This document shows positions 27,590-38,195 of a DNA stretch of 64,000 bases, in pieces. A model generated the notes under the pieces. It saw only the letters and a list, made by a program, of their open reading frames with translations. It was not told where the DNA came from and did not search any database. The DNA comes from a virus. The position numbers and the translations under genes were made by a program. The stretch is from IMG/VR virus record IMGVR_UViG_3300002835_000030, positions 64,649 to 128,648 of that record; one strand, written 5' to 3'. Every line of letters begins with the position of its first letter. Position 1 is the stretch's first letter.

Positions 27590-30085
27590 ATGTCGAAAAA
27601 TGAGAGTTTAAATTTAGGTTATTTAGGATATAGTTTTCAAGTAAAATTAGTAAAACAATTAGTAGAGGATCAAAAGTTTTCGGAAAGTATTATTTCTATT
27701 ATTGACCCAAATTATTTCGACAACGAGTATATGAGACTCGTTGTTGCATATATAAAGGATTATTATGAAAAATATGAAACTATTCCGTCTTATGAAACTA
27801 TCTTTAATATAGTAAAGAGTGAAGTTAGACGAGAAATTGCTAAAGAATCTTCCATTGAACTTATTAAAGAGGTTAGAGAATCTGAAAATAGAGACTGTTT
27901 ACACACACAAGATATTGCCATTAAGTTCTGCAAACAACAAGAACTTAAGAAGGCTACCCAAAAAATCCAAAAAATTCTAGACGGAGGTGATTTTGATAGA
28001 TATGATGAATGTGAAGAATTAGTTAAACAGGCGATATCGGTAGGAACAGAAAAAGACGAAGGTGTAGATATCTTCCATGCAATTGAGGACGTTTTAGCGG
28101 ACGATTTTAGAAATCCTATACCGACAGGATTAGTGGGAATTGACAACCTTATGGGTGGTGGTTTATCTAAAGGTGAGTTAGGTGTTATACTAGCCGCCTT
28201 TGGTGTTGGAAAATCACAACCACTTCACTCAAAAGTTTTAACACCTAATGGATGGACAACTATGGGTGATATCAAAGAAGGTGATTTAGTCATTAGTAGA
28301 GATGGAAAACCTACAAAGGTGTTAGGCGTATATCCTCAAGGTATTAGACCAACATATAAAGTAAAATTTAATGATGGTACTGAAACTTTATGTGATGAAG
28401 AACATTTGTGGTCAGTAAACACTATTAACCAAAGAAACAGAAGAACAAGGAAAGATGGTAAAATAATTAATTTAGAACCAGATAACTCATATAGAACTAT
28501 GAAAACCATTGAAATGGTTGACAATGTTAAAGTTTGGGGTAACAGAAGATTAAAATATAGAATCCCTAGAGTAGAACCTATACAGTTTGAGAAAAAGAAT
28601 TTATTGATTGATCCTTATGTTTTAGGTGTTATATTAGGTGATGGTTGTATTACTGAACATAATCACCCACATTTTGTAACTAAAGATGAGGAAATAATTA
28701 ATGAGGTTAAAAGTTTTTATGATAAAGTATCTATCAAAGAACAAAATAGGGATATCGAAAAAGAGGTTGATGGTGAATTAGTTTTAGTTAAACGATCAAT
28801 TACTAAAGTTTCATTTTTAGGTATAAAAGATGATCTTAAAGTATTGGGGTTATATGGTTGTAATTCTGAAACTAAGTTTATTCCGGAAGATTACATTTAT
28901 TCTAATGTTGAAGATAGAGTTAAAATATTACAGGGGTTAGTTGATACAGACGGTTCAATAGATGAACATAGAATAGAGATAACAACTGTATCTAAAACGA
29001 TGGCTTCACAAATTAGAGAAATTGTTTTATCTTTAGGTGGTACTGCGAGTATTAATCAAAGGGAAACGTTTTATAAGAAAGGTGGTGTAAGAGTCGAATG
29101 TAAATTAGCGTATAGAGTTAATTTTAGTTTTCCGTCTAATATTGGATTCAATCCTTGTAGATTAAATAGAAAATTGTCTAAATATAATGGTAGAACAAAA
29201 TATTCAGATAATAAGTTTATTTCGTCTATTGAGTATTATGGAGAAGAAGAGTCACAATGTATTATGGTAGACAACCCTGAACATTTATATGTTACAGATG
29301 ATTATATTGTTACTCACAATACTACATTAATCACTAGAATGGCGAACACTGCGTATTTAGAGGGTCAAAACGTAGTACAAATTTTCTTTGAAGATAATGT
29401 TAAAGTTATCCAAAGAAAACACTTAACATGTTTTACTGGAATAGAACTAAGTGAGTTGGGGGATAGAAGAGAAGAAGTAAAAGAACTCTTACCTAGATTT
29501 CAAAATTTAAAAGGTAACCTTATACTTAAGAAAATGTCTAGTGATGGTACGACTATCCCACATATTAAACAATATCTACGTAAAATAATTTCTAGTGGTA
29601 TTAAACCAGACATTGTATTTATTGATTACATTGATTGTATACAACCTACTAAACATTTCAAAGACGAATATAGTGGTGAAGGAAATGTAATGAGACAATT
29701 TGAAACTATGTTATCAGAATTAGACATTGCGGGTTGGACTGCGGTACAAGGTAACAGAAGTGCAATTGGTGCAGACTTAGTAGAGGCGAATATGATGGGT
29801 GGGTCAATCAAGAAAGGACAAATCGGACACTTCATTTTATCAGTTGCCAAAACATTGGATCAAAAAGAAGAGGGTCGGGCGACATTAGCCATTTTAAAAT
29901 CTAGATTTGGTAGAGACGGAGTTGTTTTTGACGACATAGTATTTGACAATGGTACATTAATTATTGATACTAGTGCAAGTACAGATGTTTCACTATTACA
30001 ACATGGAAAAGGACAAAAAAAGAAAGAGTCTGATTTCATTAGCGAAACGATAGCAAAGAAGAGAGGTATCGTAAATAATAATTAA
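27590..30085 (+). CDS. dnaB: Replicative DnaB-like helicase containing an intein
   Basis: IPTG...ID..MGGG..GELG, Walker A GVGK|TT split by the intein, IDYID, Q.NR, KSRFG. Confidence 0.88.
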   Translation: MSKNESLNLGYLGYSFQVKLVKQLVEDQKFSESIISIIDPNYFDNEYMRLVVAYIKDYYEKYETIPSYETIFNIVKSEVRREIAKESSIELIKEVRESENRDCLHTQDIAIKFCKQQELKKATQKIQKILDGGDFDRYDECEELVKQAISVGTEKDEGVDIFHAIEDVLADDFRNPIPTGLVGIDNLMGGGLSKGELGVILAAFGVGKSQPLHSKVLTPNGWTTMGDIKEGDLVISRDGKPTKVLGVYPQGIRPTYKVKFNDGTETLCDEEHLWSVNTINQRNRRTRKDGKIINLEPDNSYRTMKTIEMVDNVKVWGNRRLKYRIPRVEPIQFEKKNLLIDPYVLGVILGDGCITEHNHPHFVTKDEEIINEVKSFYDKVSIKEQNRDIEKEVDGELVLVKRSITKVSFLGIKDDLKVLGLYGCNSETKFIPEDYIYSNVEDRVKILQGLVDTDGSIDEHRIEITTVSKTMASQIREIVLSLGGTASINQRETFYKKGGVRVECKLAYRVNFSFPSNIGFNPCRLNRKLSKYNGRTKYSDNKFISSIEYYGEEESQCIMVDNPEHLYVTDDYIVTHNTTLITRMANTAYLEGQNVVQIFFEDNVKVIQRKHLTCFTGIELSELGDRREEVKELLPRFQNLKGNLILKKMSSDGTTIPHIKQYLRKIISSGIKPDIVFIDYIDCIQPTKHFKDEYSGEGNVMRQFETMLSELDIAGWTAVQGNRSAIGADLVEANMMGGSIKKGQIGHFILSVAKTLDQKEEGRATLAILKSRFGRDGVVFDDIVFDNGTLIIDTSASTDVSLLQHGKGQKKKESDFISETIAKKRGIVNNN
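28214..29320 (+). mobile_element. Intein (369 aa) with LAGLIDADG endonuclease, inserted in the DnaB P-loop
   Basis: Starts SQPLHSKVLTPNGW and ends YIVTHN before extein Thr; LGVILGDG and LQGLVDTDG motifs; block B CDEEHLW. Confidence 0.9.
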
Positions 30086-30172
30086 AATTAGTAAAGGGGT
30101 ATTTTTTGAGTGGTTTACTTAAATGAATCATAAAGGGAAAGACACCCACTAAAAAAAAGAAAAAATTAAAAA

Positions 30173-31120
30173 ATGGAAAAAATATTAAAAGAAAATCCAT
30201 CTAGATTTGTAATATTTCCGATTGAACATAATGATATATGGGAATATTATAAAAAACATCAAGCTGCGTTTTGGACAGCAGAAGAAATTGATTTAACAAA
30301 TGATATTAAAGATTGGGAAAAACTTACAGAAAATGAAAAATATTTTATTAAAAATGTTTTATCGTTCTTTGCATCATCAGATGGTATCGTTAATGAAAAT
30401 TTGGCTGAGAATTTTTATAGAGAAGTTCAGTATCCTGAAGCTAAATTCTTTTATGGGTTTCAGTTAGCAATGGAAAATATACATTCATTAATGTATTCAT
30501 TATTAATTGATACCTATCTGAATAACCCAAAAGAAAAAGATGACTGTTTTAATGCAATTGATAGATTACCGGCAGTTCAGAAAAAAGCTAAATGGGCGTT
30601 AAATTGGATAGAAAACGCTTCGTTTCAAGAACGATTAATTGCGTTTGCAGCTGTTGAAGGTATATTTTTTTCGGGTTCATTTTGTTCAATATTCTGGTTA
30701 AAGTCAAGAGGTATTATGCAGGGTTTATGTAATGCAAATACATTAATATTTAAAGATGAAAATTTACATTGTGATTTTGCCATCCATTTACTAAATAATC
30801 ATTGTGAAAATAAACCATCAGAAAAAAGAATTAAAGAGATTTTATTATCTGCGTTAGAAATTGAAAAAGAATTTATTACAGAGTCATTACCGGTATCACT
30901 TATTGGAATGAACTCAAATCTAATGAGACAATATTTGGAATTTGTTGTTGATGGATTGTTGGTTAAGTTCGGTTGTAGTAAAGAATTCAACGTAGAACAA
31001 CCATTCAAATTTATGGAGCAAATTGCGGTTGAAACAAAGGGTAATTTCTTTGAATCAAGAACTGTGGAGTATCAGAAGGCAAAAATAAATGAAACAATAA
31101 CATTTACAGAGGACTTTTAA
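30173..31120 (+). CDS. nrdB: Ribonucleotide reductase class Ia, beta subunit
   Basis: FWTAEE, SDGIV.EN, ENIHS..Y (radical Tyr present), [21 protein letters not shown]. Confidence 0.95.
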   Translation: MEKILKENPSRFVIFPIEHNDIWEYYKKHQAAFWTAEEIDLTNDIKDWEKLTENEKYFIKNVLSFFASSDGIVNENLAENFYREVQYPEAKFFYGFQLAMENIHSLMYSLLIDTYLNNPKEKDDCFNAIDRLPAVQKKAKWALNWIENASFQERLIAFAAVEGIFFSGSFCSIFWLKSRGIMQGLCNANTLIFKDENLHCDFAIHLLNNHCENKPSEKRIKEILLSALEIEKEFITESLPVSLIGMNSNLMRQYLEFVVDGLLVKFGCSKEFNVEQPFKFMEQIAVETKGNFFESRTVEYQKAKINETITFTEDF

Positions 31121-31130
31121 ATTTTATAAT

Positions 31131-33554
31131 ATGTCATTAAAAATTATTAAACGAGAGGGGGAATCAGTTCCATTTAACCCACAAAAAATTTACAATAGAG
31201 TTAAACGTGCATCCAAAGGGTTAAACGTAAATTCTGATGAGATTTTCATCAAAGTGATCACATCAGTTCCGACTGAAGGTGAAGTAACTACAAAGGAACT
31301 AGATAAGTTAGTTTATGAAATGGCGGCATCATATACAGGTAGTCATCACGATTACTCAAGATTAGCATCTTCAGTTGCGATATCTTCATATCATAAAGAA
31401 ACAAATAATAGTTTTTCACAAACAATGTATGAACTTTATAATGATGGTATTATAAACGAAAAACTTATTGAAACGATTAAAGAGTATGGTGAAGACACTA
31501 TTGATTCGGTAATTAATCACGAAAATGATTACAACTTTGATTATTTTGGTTGGAGATCATTACAAGAAATGTATTTGTTGAAAAAGCCAACAGGTAAGGT
31601 TATTGAGAGACCCCAACATATGTATATGAGAGTTGCGTTGTGGGTTACTGATAATATGGTTGACGCATTTGATTATTACAAATCATTGTCAAATCAGTTA
31701 ATCTCAAAGGCAACCCCTATTATGATTAATGCGGGAACTAAAGTACCTCAATTAGCTTCTTGTGTGTTACATTACAATAACTCAGATTCGAGAAAGGGAT
31801 TGTTAGATACATTAAATGATATCTCAACCTTTTCATCTGCAGCCGCAGGTATTGGATTATCAATGTCAAACCTTAGAAGTAAGGAAAGTAGGATATCAAC
31901 ATCTGGTGGGTATGCGGGTGGTTTATTAAAATACCTTAAAATTGTTAACGAGTCTTTGAGATTCTTTAACCAACAAGGACGTAGACCTGGATCGGCAGCA
32001 ATTTACATTGAACCTTGGCATAAAGATATCTTTGATATTTTAGATATTAAAAAGAACACCGGTGCCGAAGAATTAAGGGCTCGTGATTTATTTACTGCAC
32101 TTTGGATTCCTGATAACTTTATGAGGGCTGTTAAAGAAAATGGTGATTGGTATTTGTTTTGCCCTAACGACATTAAAAGTGCCGGTATCAAACCATTACA
32201 AGAATCATTTGGTGATGAGTATGAAGAAAACTACGAAAAGGCAGTTTATTTAGGTCTTGGTAAAAAAGTTAAGGCACAAGATATTTGGACTAAAATATAT
32301 GAATCACAGATTGAAACGGGGGTTCCTTATTTATGTTCTAAAGATAGTGCTAACCGAAAAACAAATCACCAAAATATTGGGGTGATCAAGCAGTCAAATC
32401 TTTGTAATGAGATTTACCAATATACTGATGAAAAAACGACAGCTATTTGTACTTTATCATCAATGGTATTAAAAAACTTTATACAAAATGGTAAATTTGA
32501 TTTTGAATTGTTATTCACTGAAGTTAGAAAAGTTGTAAGATCACTAAATAAAGTTATTGACATCAATAACTACTCAACAAAAAAAGGTTTAAAAGGTGGT
32601 TTAGAACAAAGAGCAATTGCGATTGGGACTCAAGGTTTGGCAGATGTATTTTATTTAATGGACTATATCTTCACATCGGAAGAAGCAAAAAGATTTAATA
32701 AAGATATCTTTGAAACAATCTATTATGCTGCGATTTACGAAAGTAATGAATTGTGTGTGAACGGTAAATATGAACAATATAAATTCTTTAAAGGATCTCC
32801 GATGTCCAAAGGTGAATTCCAATTTGATATGTGGGGGTTAGATGACTCCCAACTATCGGGAATGTGGGATTGGAATAAATTAAAGGAAAGTGTTGTGGAG
32901 TATGGTGTTTGTAATTCATTATTTACGGCACAAATGCCGGTGGCGTCTTCTGCTAAGATCACAGGTTCATTTGAAATGACAGAACCTGCCCATTCAGCAT
33001 TATTTAATAGACGAGTTGTTGGTGGTGAGATTTTAATTGTAAACAAATACTTAATAAACGATTTTGAAAAAATTGGCATTTGGGGTGAGAACTTAAAAAA
33101 TGAGATTATCATTAACGAAGGATCCATCCAAAACATTAACTTCAACAATTATTTAGATTCAGATGATAAAAATTATAATAAAAAGATTAAAAGAATTGAA
33201 CACCTAATCCAAAAATATAAAACAATTTGGGAAATTTCACAAAGAGAGTTAATTGATATGGCGGCAGATAGAGCACCGTTCATTGATCAATCACAATCAA
33301 TGAATATTTATATGGGAAATCCAACATTATCTAAAATAACATCATCACATTTTCATTCATGGGAAAAAGGTCTTAAAACTTTATGTTATTATGTTAGAAC
33401 TAAAGCCATATCAACAGGAGCTAAACACTTAGCATTGGATATGTCTAAAGTTGGTGTACCGAAATATGAAAAACCTACGGTTGATATAACTCAAATTAGT
33501 TTACCTCAAAAACCATCTGATAGTTTATTTGAATGTTTTGGATGTTCATCATAA
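31131..33554 (+). CDS. nrdA: Ribonucleotide reductase class Ia, alpha subunit
   Basis: N-terminal ATP cone, QLASC, SNLCNE, MPVASS, GLKTLCYY, C-terminal CFGC. Confidence 0.95.
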   Translation: MSLKIIKREGESVPFNPQKIYNRVKRASKGLNVNSDEIFIKVITSVPTEGEVTTKELDKLVYEMAASYTGSHHDYSRLASSVAISSYHKETNNSFSQTMYELYNDGIINEKLIETIKEYGEDTIDSVINHENDYNFDYFGWRSLQEMYLLKKPTGKVIERPQHMYMRVALWVTDNMVDAFDYYKSLSNQLISKATPIMINAGTKVPQLASCVLHYNNSDSRKGLLDTLNDISTFSSAAAGIGLSMSNLRSKESRISTSGGYAGGLLKYLKIVNESLRFFNQQGRRPGSAAIYIEPWHKDIFDILDIKKNTGAEELRARDLFTALWIPDNFMRAVKENGDWYLFCPNDIKSAGIKPLQESFGDEYEENYEKAVYLGLGKKVKAQDIWTKIYESQIETGVPYLCSKDSANRKTNHQNIGVIKQSNLCNEIYQYTDEKTTAICTLSSMVLKNFIQNGKFDFELLFTEVRKVVRSLNKVIDINNYSTKKGLKGGLEQRAIAIGTQGLADVFYLMDYIFTSEEAKRFNKDIFETIYYAAIYESNELCVNGKYEQYKFFKGSPMSKGEFQFDMWGLDDSQLSGMWDWNKLKESVVEYGVCNSLFTAQMPVASSAKITGSFEMTEPAHSALFNRRVVGGEILIVNKYLINDFEKIGIWGENLKNEIIINEGSIQNINFNNYLDSDDKNYNKKIKRIEHLIQKYKTIWEISQRELIDMAADRAPFIDQSQSMNIYMGNPTLSKITSSHFHSWEKGLKTLCYYVRTKAISTGAKHLALDMSKVGVPKYEKPTVDITQISLPQKPSDSLFECFGCSS

Positions 33555-33686
33555 TATAAAAAAACAGAAAAGTATATATTTTTACATAATTGGTGATATT
33601 TATAAATAAACACCAATTTTAAAAAAAATTGAAAATGAGAGAAAAGACAATATAACAAAGTAAGTTTAAAACCTTATGTAGTATTT

Positions 33687-33717
33687 AAAAAAGTCATCCT
33701 AAGTGATGACTTTTTTT
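33687..33717 (+). terminator. Rho-independent terminator
   Basis: AAAAAAGTCATC-ctaagt-GATGACTTTTTT. Confidence 0.8.
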
Positions 33718-33766
33718 ATTTTACCATTTCTTTTAAAAAAAGATATAGTACAATATTTATAAACAA

Positions 33767-34150
33767 ATGGCAAGAACAAGATATAAAAATATTGATTTCC
33801 CTTTTAAAGATAGTAAAAAGGGATTTTATTTTGAACTAAATCAAACTGATAGGGATGCGATTAGGGCAGATTTATTACACTTATTGTTAACTAACAAAGG
33901 TGACAGATTATACTTACCTGATTTTGGTAGTGATTTAAGAAAGTTCATATTTGAACCTAACGATACTATAACACATGATGAGATTAAAAAAAGTTTAAAT
34001 GATAGTATATCAAGATATATACCTAATTTAATAGTTAATAGTATTAATTTTAGGAAAAATGATATTGAAGAATTAATAATTGTAGAATTAACATATACTG
34101 TTACAGATGGAACATTCCAAAGTTCTGACACAGTAACATTAACATTTTAA
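33767..34150 (+). CDS. Baseplate wedge protein, gp25/gpW-like
   Basis: I.FPF, IRADL..LLLT.KG.R...PDFGS.L...IFEP. Confidence 0.88.
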   Translation: MARTRYKNIDFPFKDSKKGFYFELNQTDRDAIRADLLHLLLTNKGDRLYLPDFGSDLRKFIFEPNDTITHDEIKKSLNDSISRYIPNLIVNSINFRKNDIEELIIVELTYTVTDGTFQSSDTVTLTF

Positions 34151-34154
34151 TTAA

Positions 34155-35798
34155 TTATCTTCTATACCAAACATATTTCTCTGTTCCACAATCAAAAATT
34201 TTAAAATAACCATTTAATTTCATATTATCGGATTCAGAAAAACTATCATTAATCAAAAGGTCCATATCACTTAACTTATGTTTTTGGTATTTATATCTAG
34301 TTTCTCTTTTTTTATTTATAACATAATAATAATTTGGCTCACTTATTTTTTCTAATTTAAACCCTAAAGTTTTATATATCCCCCCTTTCGACCATCTTTT
34401 ATCGGAATAACTTATTACTTTATTAGGTTTATACGTTTTTAAAAAATAATTAAAAATTTTTGACGCCCCACCTATTACAGAAGTATTTAATTTATTTGAA
34501 AATCTTAATATTTCATATTCCCCATCAACGGATTTATATTTTAATATATTTCTGGTTTTCCCTAAAGTCATTAATGAAACTAACTCATTATTATAATATA
34601 ATCCAATACGAATAGATGAATTAACGTACCCTTGTATATGATTTTTAATCATAAACTCTTTTGCGTCCGAACTAGATATTTCTTTAATTATACATTTTCT
34701 ACCATATATTTTATTTTCAGTTAACCCTATAATATTAGTTAATCTGGATTTAACTATTTCTTTTTTATCATTCCATTCGTCCTCAAAAATATGGATTAAA
34801 CGGCAACCATTTTCTTCACATAGTTTTGTTTTATTAATGTGATAATTTTTATCTTTAAATTGTTCAGAGTGCCAATACAAACCATTATATTCTATCCCTA
34901 AATTATGTTTGGGTAATAAAATATCAATCTCTAAACCATTTAATATGGTTCTATCATTTTCAACCGATTCTACATTTAATGAATTAATAAATTTAAAAAT
35001 TTCTTTTTCTTGTATAGATATATTATTACTGCAAAATTTACAACCATATCCATTTATATGGTATTGTGGTGTAACATTAATATCACCATGTTCAGTACAA
35101 TTTATTATTAGTGGAGTAATATTATTTATATATATAGATTTGTCATAATTAAAATAATCACCATGTATTTTTTTTGATTTAATAATAAAAGAATTAGTAT
35201 CGAAAATGGAATCAGTACATAATCTACACCCTTGATTTTTAGAAAGATGATTATTTGGCGATTGTTCAAATTCACCATGTTCTTTACATTTTAAAATAAC
35301 ATTTTCTCTACTACTTTTATATGTAACCTTTGAATAGTCGTATTTATCACCATATATTTTTTTTGATTTTTCTATAAATAATTTAGTATCCATCTTAGAT
35401 GTACCACCACAATATTTACAACCTTTACCTTTTAGATGGTTATATGGTATTTGTTCGAATTCACCATGAATAGGACATATTATAGTTATAGGTGTTTTAT
35501 TATTTTTATATTTTACTTTATCATAAATATATTTATCGTTATGTATAAGTTTACACTCTTCTATAAAAGTTTTTAAATCTTTTTTTTGTAACTCTGTTTG
35601 TTTTTCTATATTACATTTAGGACAACCTTGTTTTCTATTTATTAAATGTATTGGTTTTTTAAAAAATTTACCATGTCTTTCACATATAATTTCTACCGGT
35701 GTATTATTTGTGGTGTATATTGAATTAGAAAAATCGTATTTATTCCCATGTATTTTTTTTGATTGTTCTAAAAATTCTTTTTGTGTTTTTTTTTTCAT
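34155..35798 (-). CDS. Hef-like endonuclease with DUF723-like zinc repeats, inserted antisense between gp25 and gp6
   Basis: Four FI..SK.IHG.KYDY....Y......I.C..HG.F...P..H....GC..C repeats; EIDI......[10 protein letters not shown]; IHIFEDEW; GNAT/Mom-like C-terminus. Confidence 0.85.
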   Translation of the reverse strand: MKKKTQKEFLEQSKKIHGNKYDFSNSIYTTNNTPVEIICERHGKFFKKPIHLINRKQGCPKCNIEKQTELQKKDLKTFIEECKLIHNDKYIYDKVKYKNNKTPITIICPIHGEFEQIPYNHLKGKGCKYCGGTSKMDTKLFIEKSKKIYGDKYDYSKVTYKSSRENVILKCKEHGEFEQSPNNHLSKNQGCRLCTDSIFDTNSFIIKSKKIHGDYFNYDKSIYINNITPLIINCTEHGDINVTPQYHINGYGCKFCSNNISIQEKEIFKFINSLNVESVENDRTILNGLEIDILLPKHNLGIEYNGLYWHSEQFKDKNYHINKTKLCEENGCRLIHIFEDEWNDKKEIVKSRLTNIIGLTENKIYGRKCIIKEISSSDAKEFMIKNHIQGYVNSSIRIGLYYNNELVSLMTLGKTRNILKYKSVDGEYEILRFSNKLNTSVIGGASKIFNYFLKTYKPNKVISYSDKRWSKGGIYKTLGFKLEKISEPNYYYVINKKRETRYKYQKHKLSDMDLLINDSFSESDNMKLNGYFKIFDCGTEKYVWYRR

Positions 35799-35923
35799 TA
35801 TTCCTATGATAGTTTACTTACAATTATATATAATAAATAGGATAAAAACAAAATTTTTAAATAATAAAAATAAAAATATTTTTTTTATTATTGATATTTA
35901 TTAATAAATATATAATATATTAT

Positions 35924-37753
35924 ATGGCAAAAAAAATTGATTATAATAGTAGGAATTTCTCAGATGTAAGACAACAACTTGTGGAGTTCATTAAAAAATA
36001 TTATCCAGAAACTTTTTCAGATTTTAACGATGCATCAGTAGGTATGATGTTATTAGAATTAAACGCGGCGGTAGGTGATATGTTAAGTTTCCATACCGAT
36101 AGAATGTTTAATGAAACCCAAATTAACTACGCACAAGAAAGATCATCATTATTAGAATTGGCGAGAACATTTGGGTTAAACGTTCCAGGTAAAAGACCTA
36201 GTATAACTATTGTAGATTGGACAGTTAATAATATACCAGTAAAGGGTGATACTTTTGATGTAAGTTACTCCCCTAAAATATTAAAAGGTTCGCAAGCATC
36301 TGGTTCAGGTAAAATATTTGAGTTATTAGAGGATTGTGACTTCTCATCGCCATTCGCAACAGGTGGTATACCTAATAGACTTATCATACCTAATATTGAC
36401 GGTAACGGTATAATTCAAAATTATTCACTTACTAAAAGGGAAATAATGTTAAATGGATTTACTAAAATTTATAAAAAGACTTTAGGGGCTTCAGATTATA
36501 AACCATTTTTAGAAGTCATTTTACCTGAAGATAATGTTTTGTCTATAGAAAATATCATAACTAAAGAGGGTACAAATTTAATTACATCACCCACAGAAGA
36601 AGAATTTAGTAATTTCAACCTAAATTGGTATGAGGTTCCTGCATTGGCACAAGGTGAAATTTATACAGTTGATGAAAATACGGTTTCAGACAATGAAGGT
36701 ATAGTTGTAGGTAAATGGAAAAACGCACCTCAAAGATTTATTAAAGAATATACCGATAATGGTTTCTGTAAAATAACTTTTGGTGCGGGAGATGAAGATA
36801 TTTCAGAATTAAATGAATTTGTTGGATGTAGAGGTCAAATAGATAGGATTGGTAATATAATTAATAATCTTTCTTTAGGCGAGATACCACAACCGAGTAA
36901 TACGTTGTATGTAAGATATAGAGTAGGTGGAGGTGAGGACACTAATATTGGTCCAAATACCATTTCTGGGTTAGGTGTTATTAGTTCTGTTGTTAATGGT
37001 GATGATGAGAATATAAATAGGGTTATTAGAAATAGTATTAGTGTAAATAATCCTATACCTGCGTTAGGGGGTAAAGAAGAGCCCTCATTAGAAGAAATAA
37101 GAAATTTAGTAAAATACAATTTTTCTGCGCAAGATAGATGTGTAACGATAAAAGATTATCAGAGTAGAATACCTTTAATGCCTGGTAGATTTGGTGTACC
37201 ATTTAGAACAGGTGTTTGGGAAGAAAGAAATAAAATTAATGTTTCTATTTTAGCATTAGACGCAAATGGAAAACTTACAACACAATCAACATCCGCGCTG
37301 AAACAAAATATTGCAGAATATTTGGCAGATTATAGAATGATTAATGACTATGTAACCATCAAAAATGGTAAAGTATTCAACATAGGATTTGAAATTGATG
37401 TTTTTGCGGATAAGTCAGTCCCTAAAGGAGATATTATTAGTGGTGTGATTAATAGCGTAAAAAATTATTTTGATATTAATAAATGGGATATGGGTGATAA
37501 CATCTATATATCTCAGTTAGTTGAAAACATTAATAATGTTGCGGGAGTATTAAATGTTACTGATTTAAGAGTATTTAACAAAGTTAACGAAAATGGTAAA
37601 TATTCATTAAATGAAGTCGCTCAACCATACATTGATGAAGAAACAAGACAAATAGATCTTTTGGGTAGATATACATTATTCGGTGAACCGAATGGTATGT
37701 TTGAAATAAAGTACCCTAATAAAGACATCAAAGTAACAATTTCTACATCTTAA
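35924..37753 (+). CDS. Baseplate wedge protein, gp6/gpJ-like
   Basis: Y.SR.F, YYP....DF...S.G, GD.LSF..D, I.FG, YRVGGG...N, GG...P...EI, QDRCVT..DY. ATG at 35924 is preferred over the track's TTG at 35891. Confidence 0.88.
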   Translation: MAKKIDYNSRNFSDVRQQLVEFIKKYYPETFSDFNDASVGMMLLELNAAVGDMLSFHTDRMFNETQINYAQERSSLLELARTFGLNVPGKRPSITIVDWTVNNIPVKGDTFDVSYSPKILKGSQASGSGKIFELLEDCDFSSPFATGGIPNRLIIPNIDGNGIIQNYSLTKREIMLNGFTKIYKKTLGASDYKPFLEVILPEDNVLSIENIITKEGTNLITSPTEEEFSNFNLNWYEVPALAQGEIYTVDENTVSDNEGIVVGKWKNAPQRFIKEYTDNGFCKITFGAGDEDISELNEFVGCRGQIDRIGNIINNLSLGEIPQPSNTLYVRYRVGGGEDTNIGPNTISGLGVISSVVNGDDENINRVIRNSISVNNPIPALGGKEEPSLEEIRNLVKYNFSAQDRCVTIKDYQSRIPLMPGRFGVPFRTGVWEERNKINVSILALDANGKLTTQSTSALKQNIAEYLADYRMINDYVTIKNGKVFNIGFEIDVFADKSVPKGDIISGVINSVKNYFDINKWDMGDNIYISQLVENINNVAGVLNVTDLRVFNKVNENGKYSLNEVAQPYIDEETRQIDLLGRYTLFGEPNGMFEIKYPNKDIKVTISTS

Positions 37754-37801
37754 TGATTACTTTTTGAAAAAATAAGTTAGTTTTATAATAAAAATAAAGT
37801 T

Positions 37802-38176
37802 ATGGGATGTAGTACATGTAAACAATCAAATTCGGGTGTAGTAAGTGATATACCTTCAGAAGAAACATTAAAATTATTACCTTCAGATTTAACAGGTAGT
37901 AGTTTTTTATTTAGGTTAATTGCGTTTTTTGTTATAGTTATTGCAATACCTTTAGTGGTATTGGTTTTAGTCGGACAAATGTTTTTCGCGTTCTTTTTAC
38001 CAAAAAAACTTAATAAAGTTAGTAATAAATTTAAAAGTTTTTTAATGGGTATATTTACTAAATATGGGGAATTTAAAATGAAAAGAGAACTGAAAAAGAG
38101 AGAAAAACAATTCAGTAGAACTAAAGAATATGTAAGTAACAGTATTGAGGATATTGAGGTATACAATAACGAGTAA
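37802..38176 (+). CDS. Small membrane protein with N-terminal MGCxxC motif
   Basis: MGCSTCK; long hydrophobic stretch FLFRLIAFFVIVIAIPLVVLVLVGQMFFAFFL followed by a basic tail. Confidence 0.65.
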   Translation: MGCSTCKQSNSGVVSDIPSEETLKLLPSDLTGSSFLFRLIAFFVIVIAIPLVVLVLVGQMFFAFFLPKKLNKVSNKFKSFLMGIFTKYGEFKMKRELKKREKQFSRTKEYVSNSIEDIEVYNNE

Positions 38177-38195
38177 AAAAAACGATAATTAAATT

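Noticed and set aside
30125-30152. Cobalamin riboswitch (AAAGGGAA ... CCACT resemblance)
   Set aside because: Far too short, and the other conserved core elements are missing.
35891-35923. TTG start for gp6 given by the ORF track
   Set aside because: The extension overlaps the ATATTTATT motif and is low-complexity; ATG at 35924 fits the family N-terminus.
3-37753. Bacterial extracellular contractile injection system or tailocin
   Set aside because: Tail genes are interleaved with phage-type SSB, UvsX, helicase, primase, RNR and homing endonucleases, which fits a phage genome.
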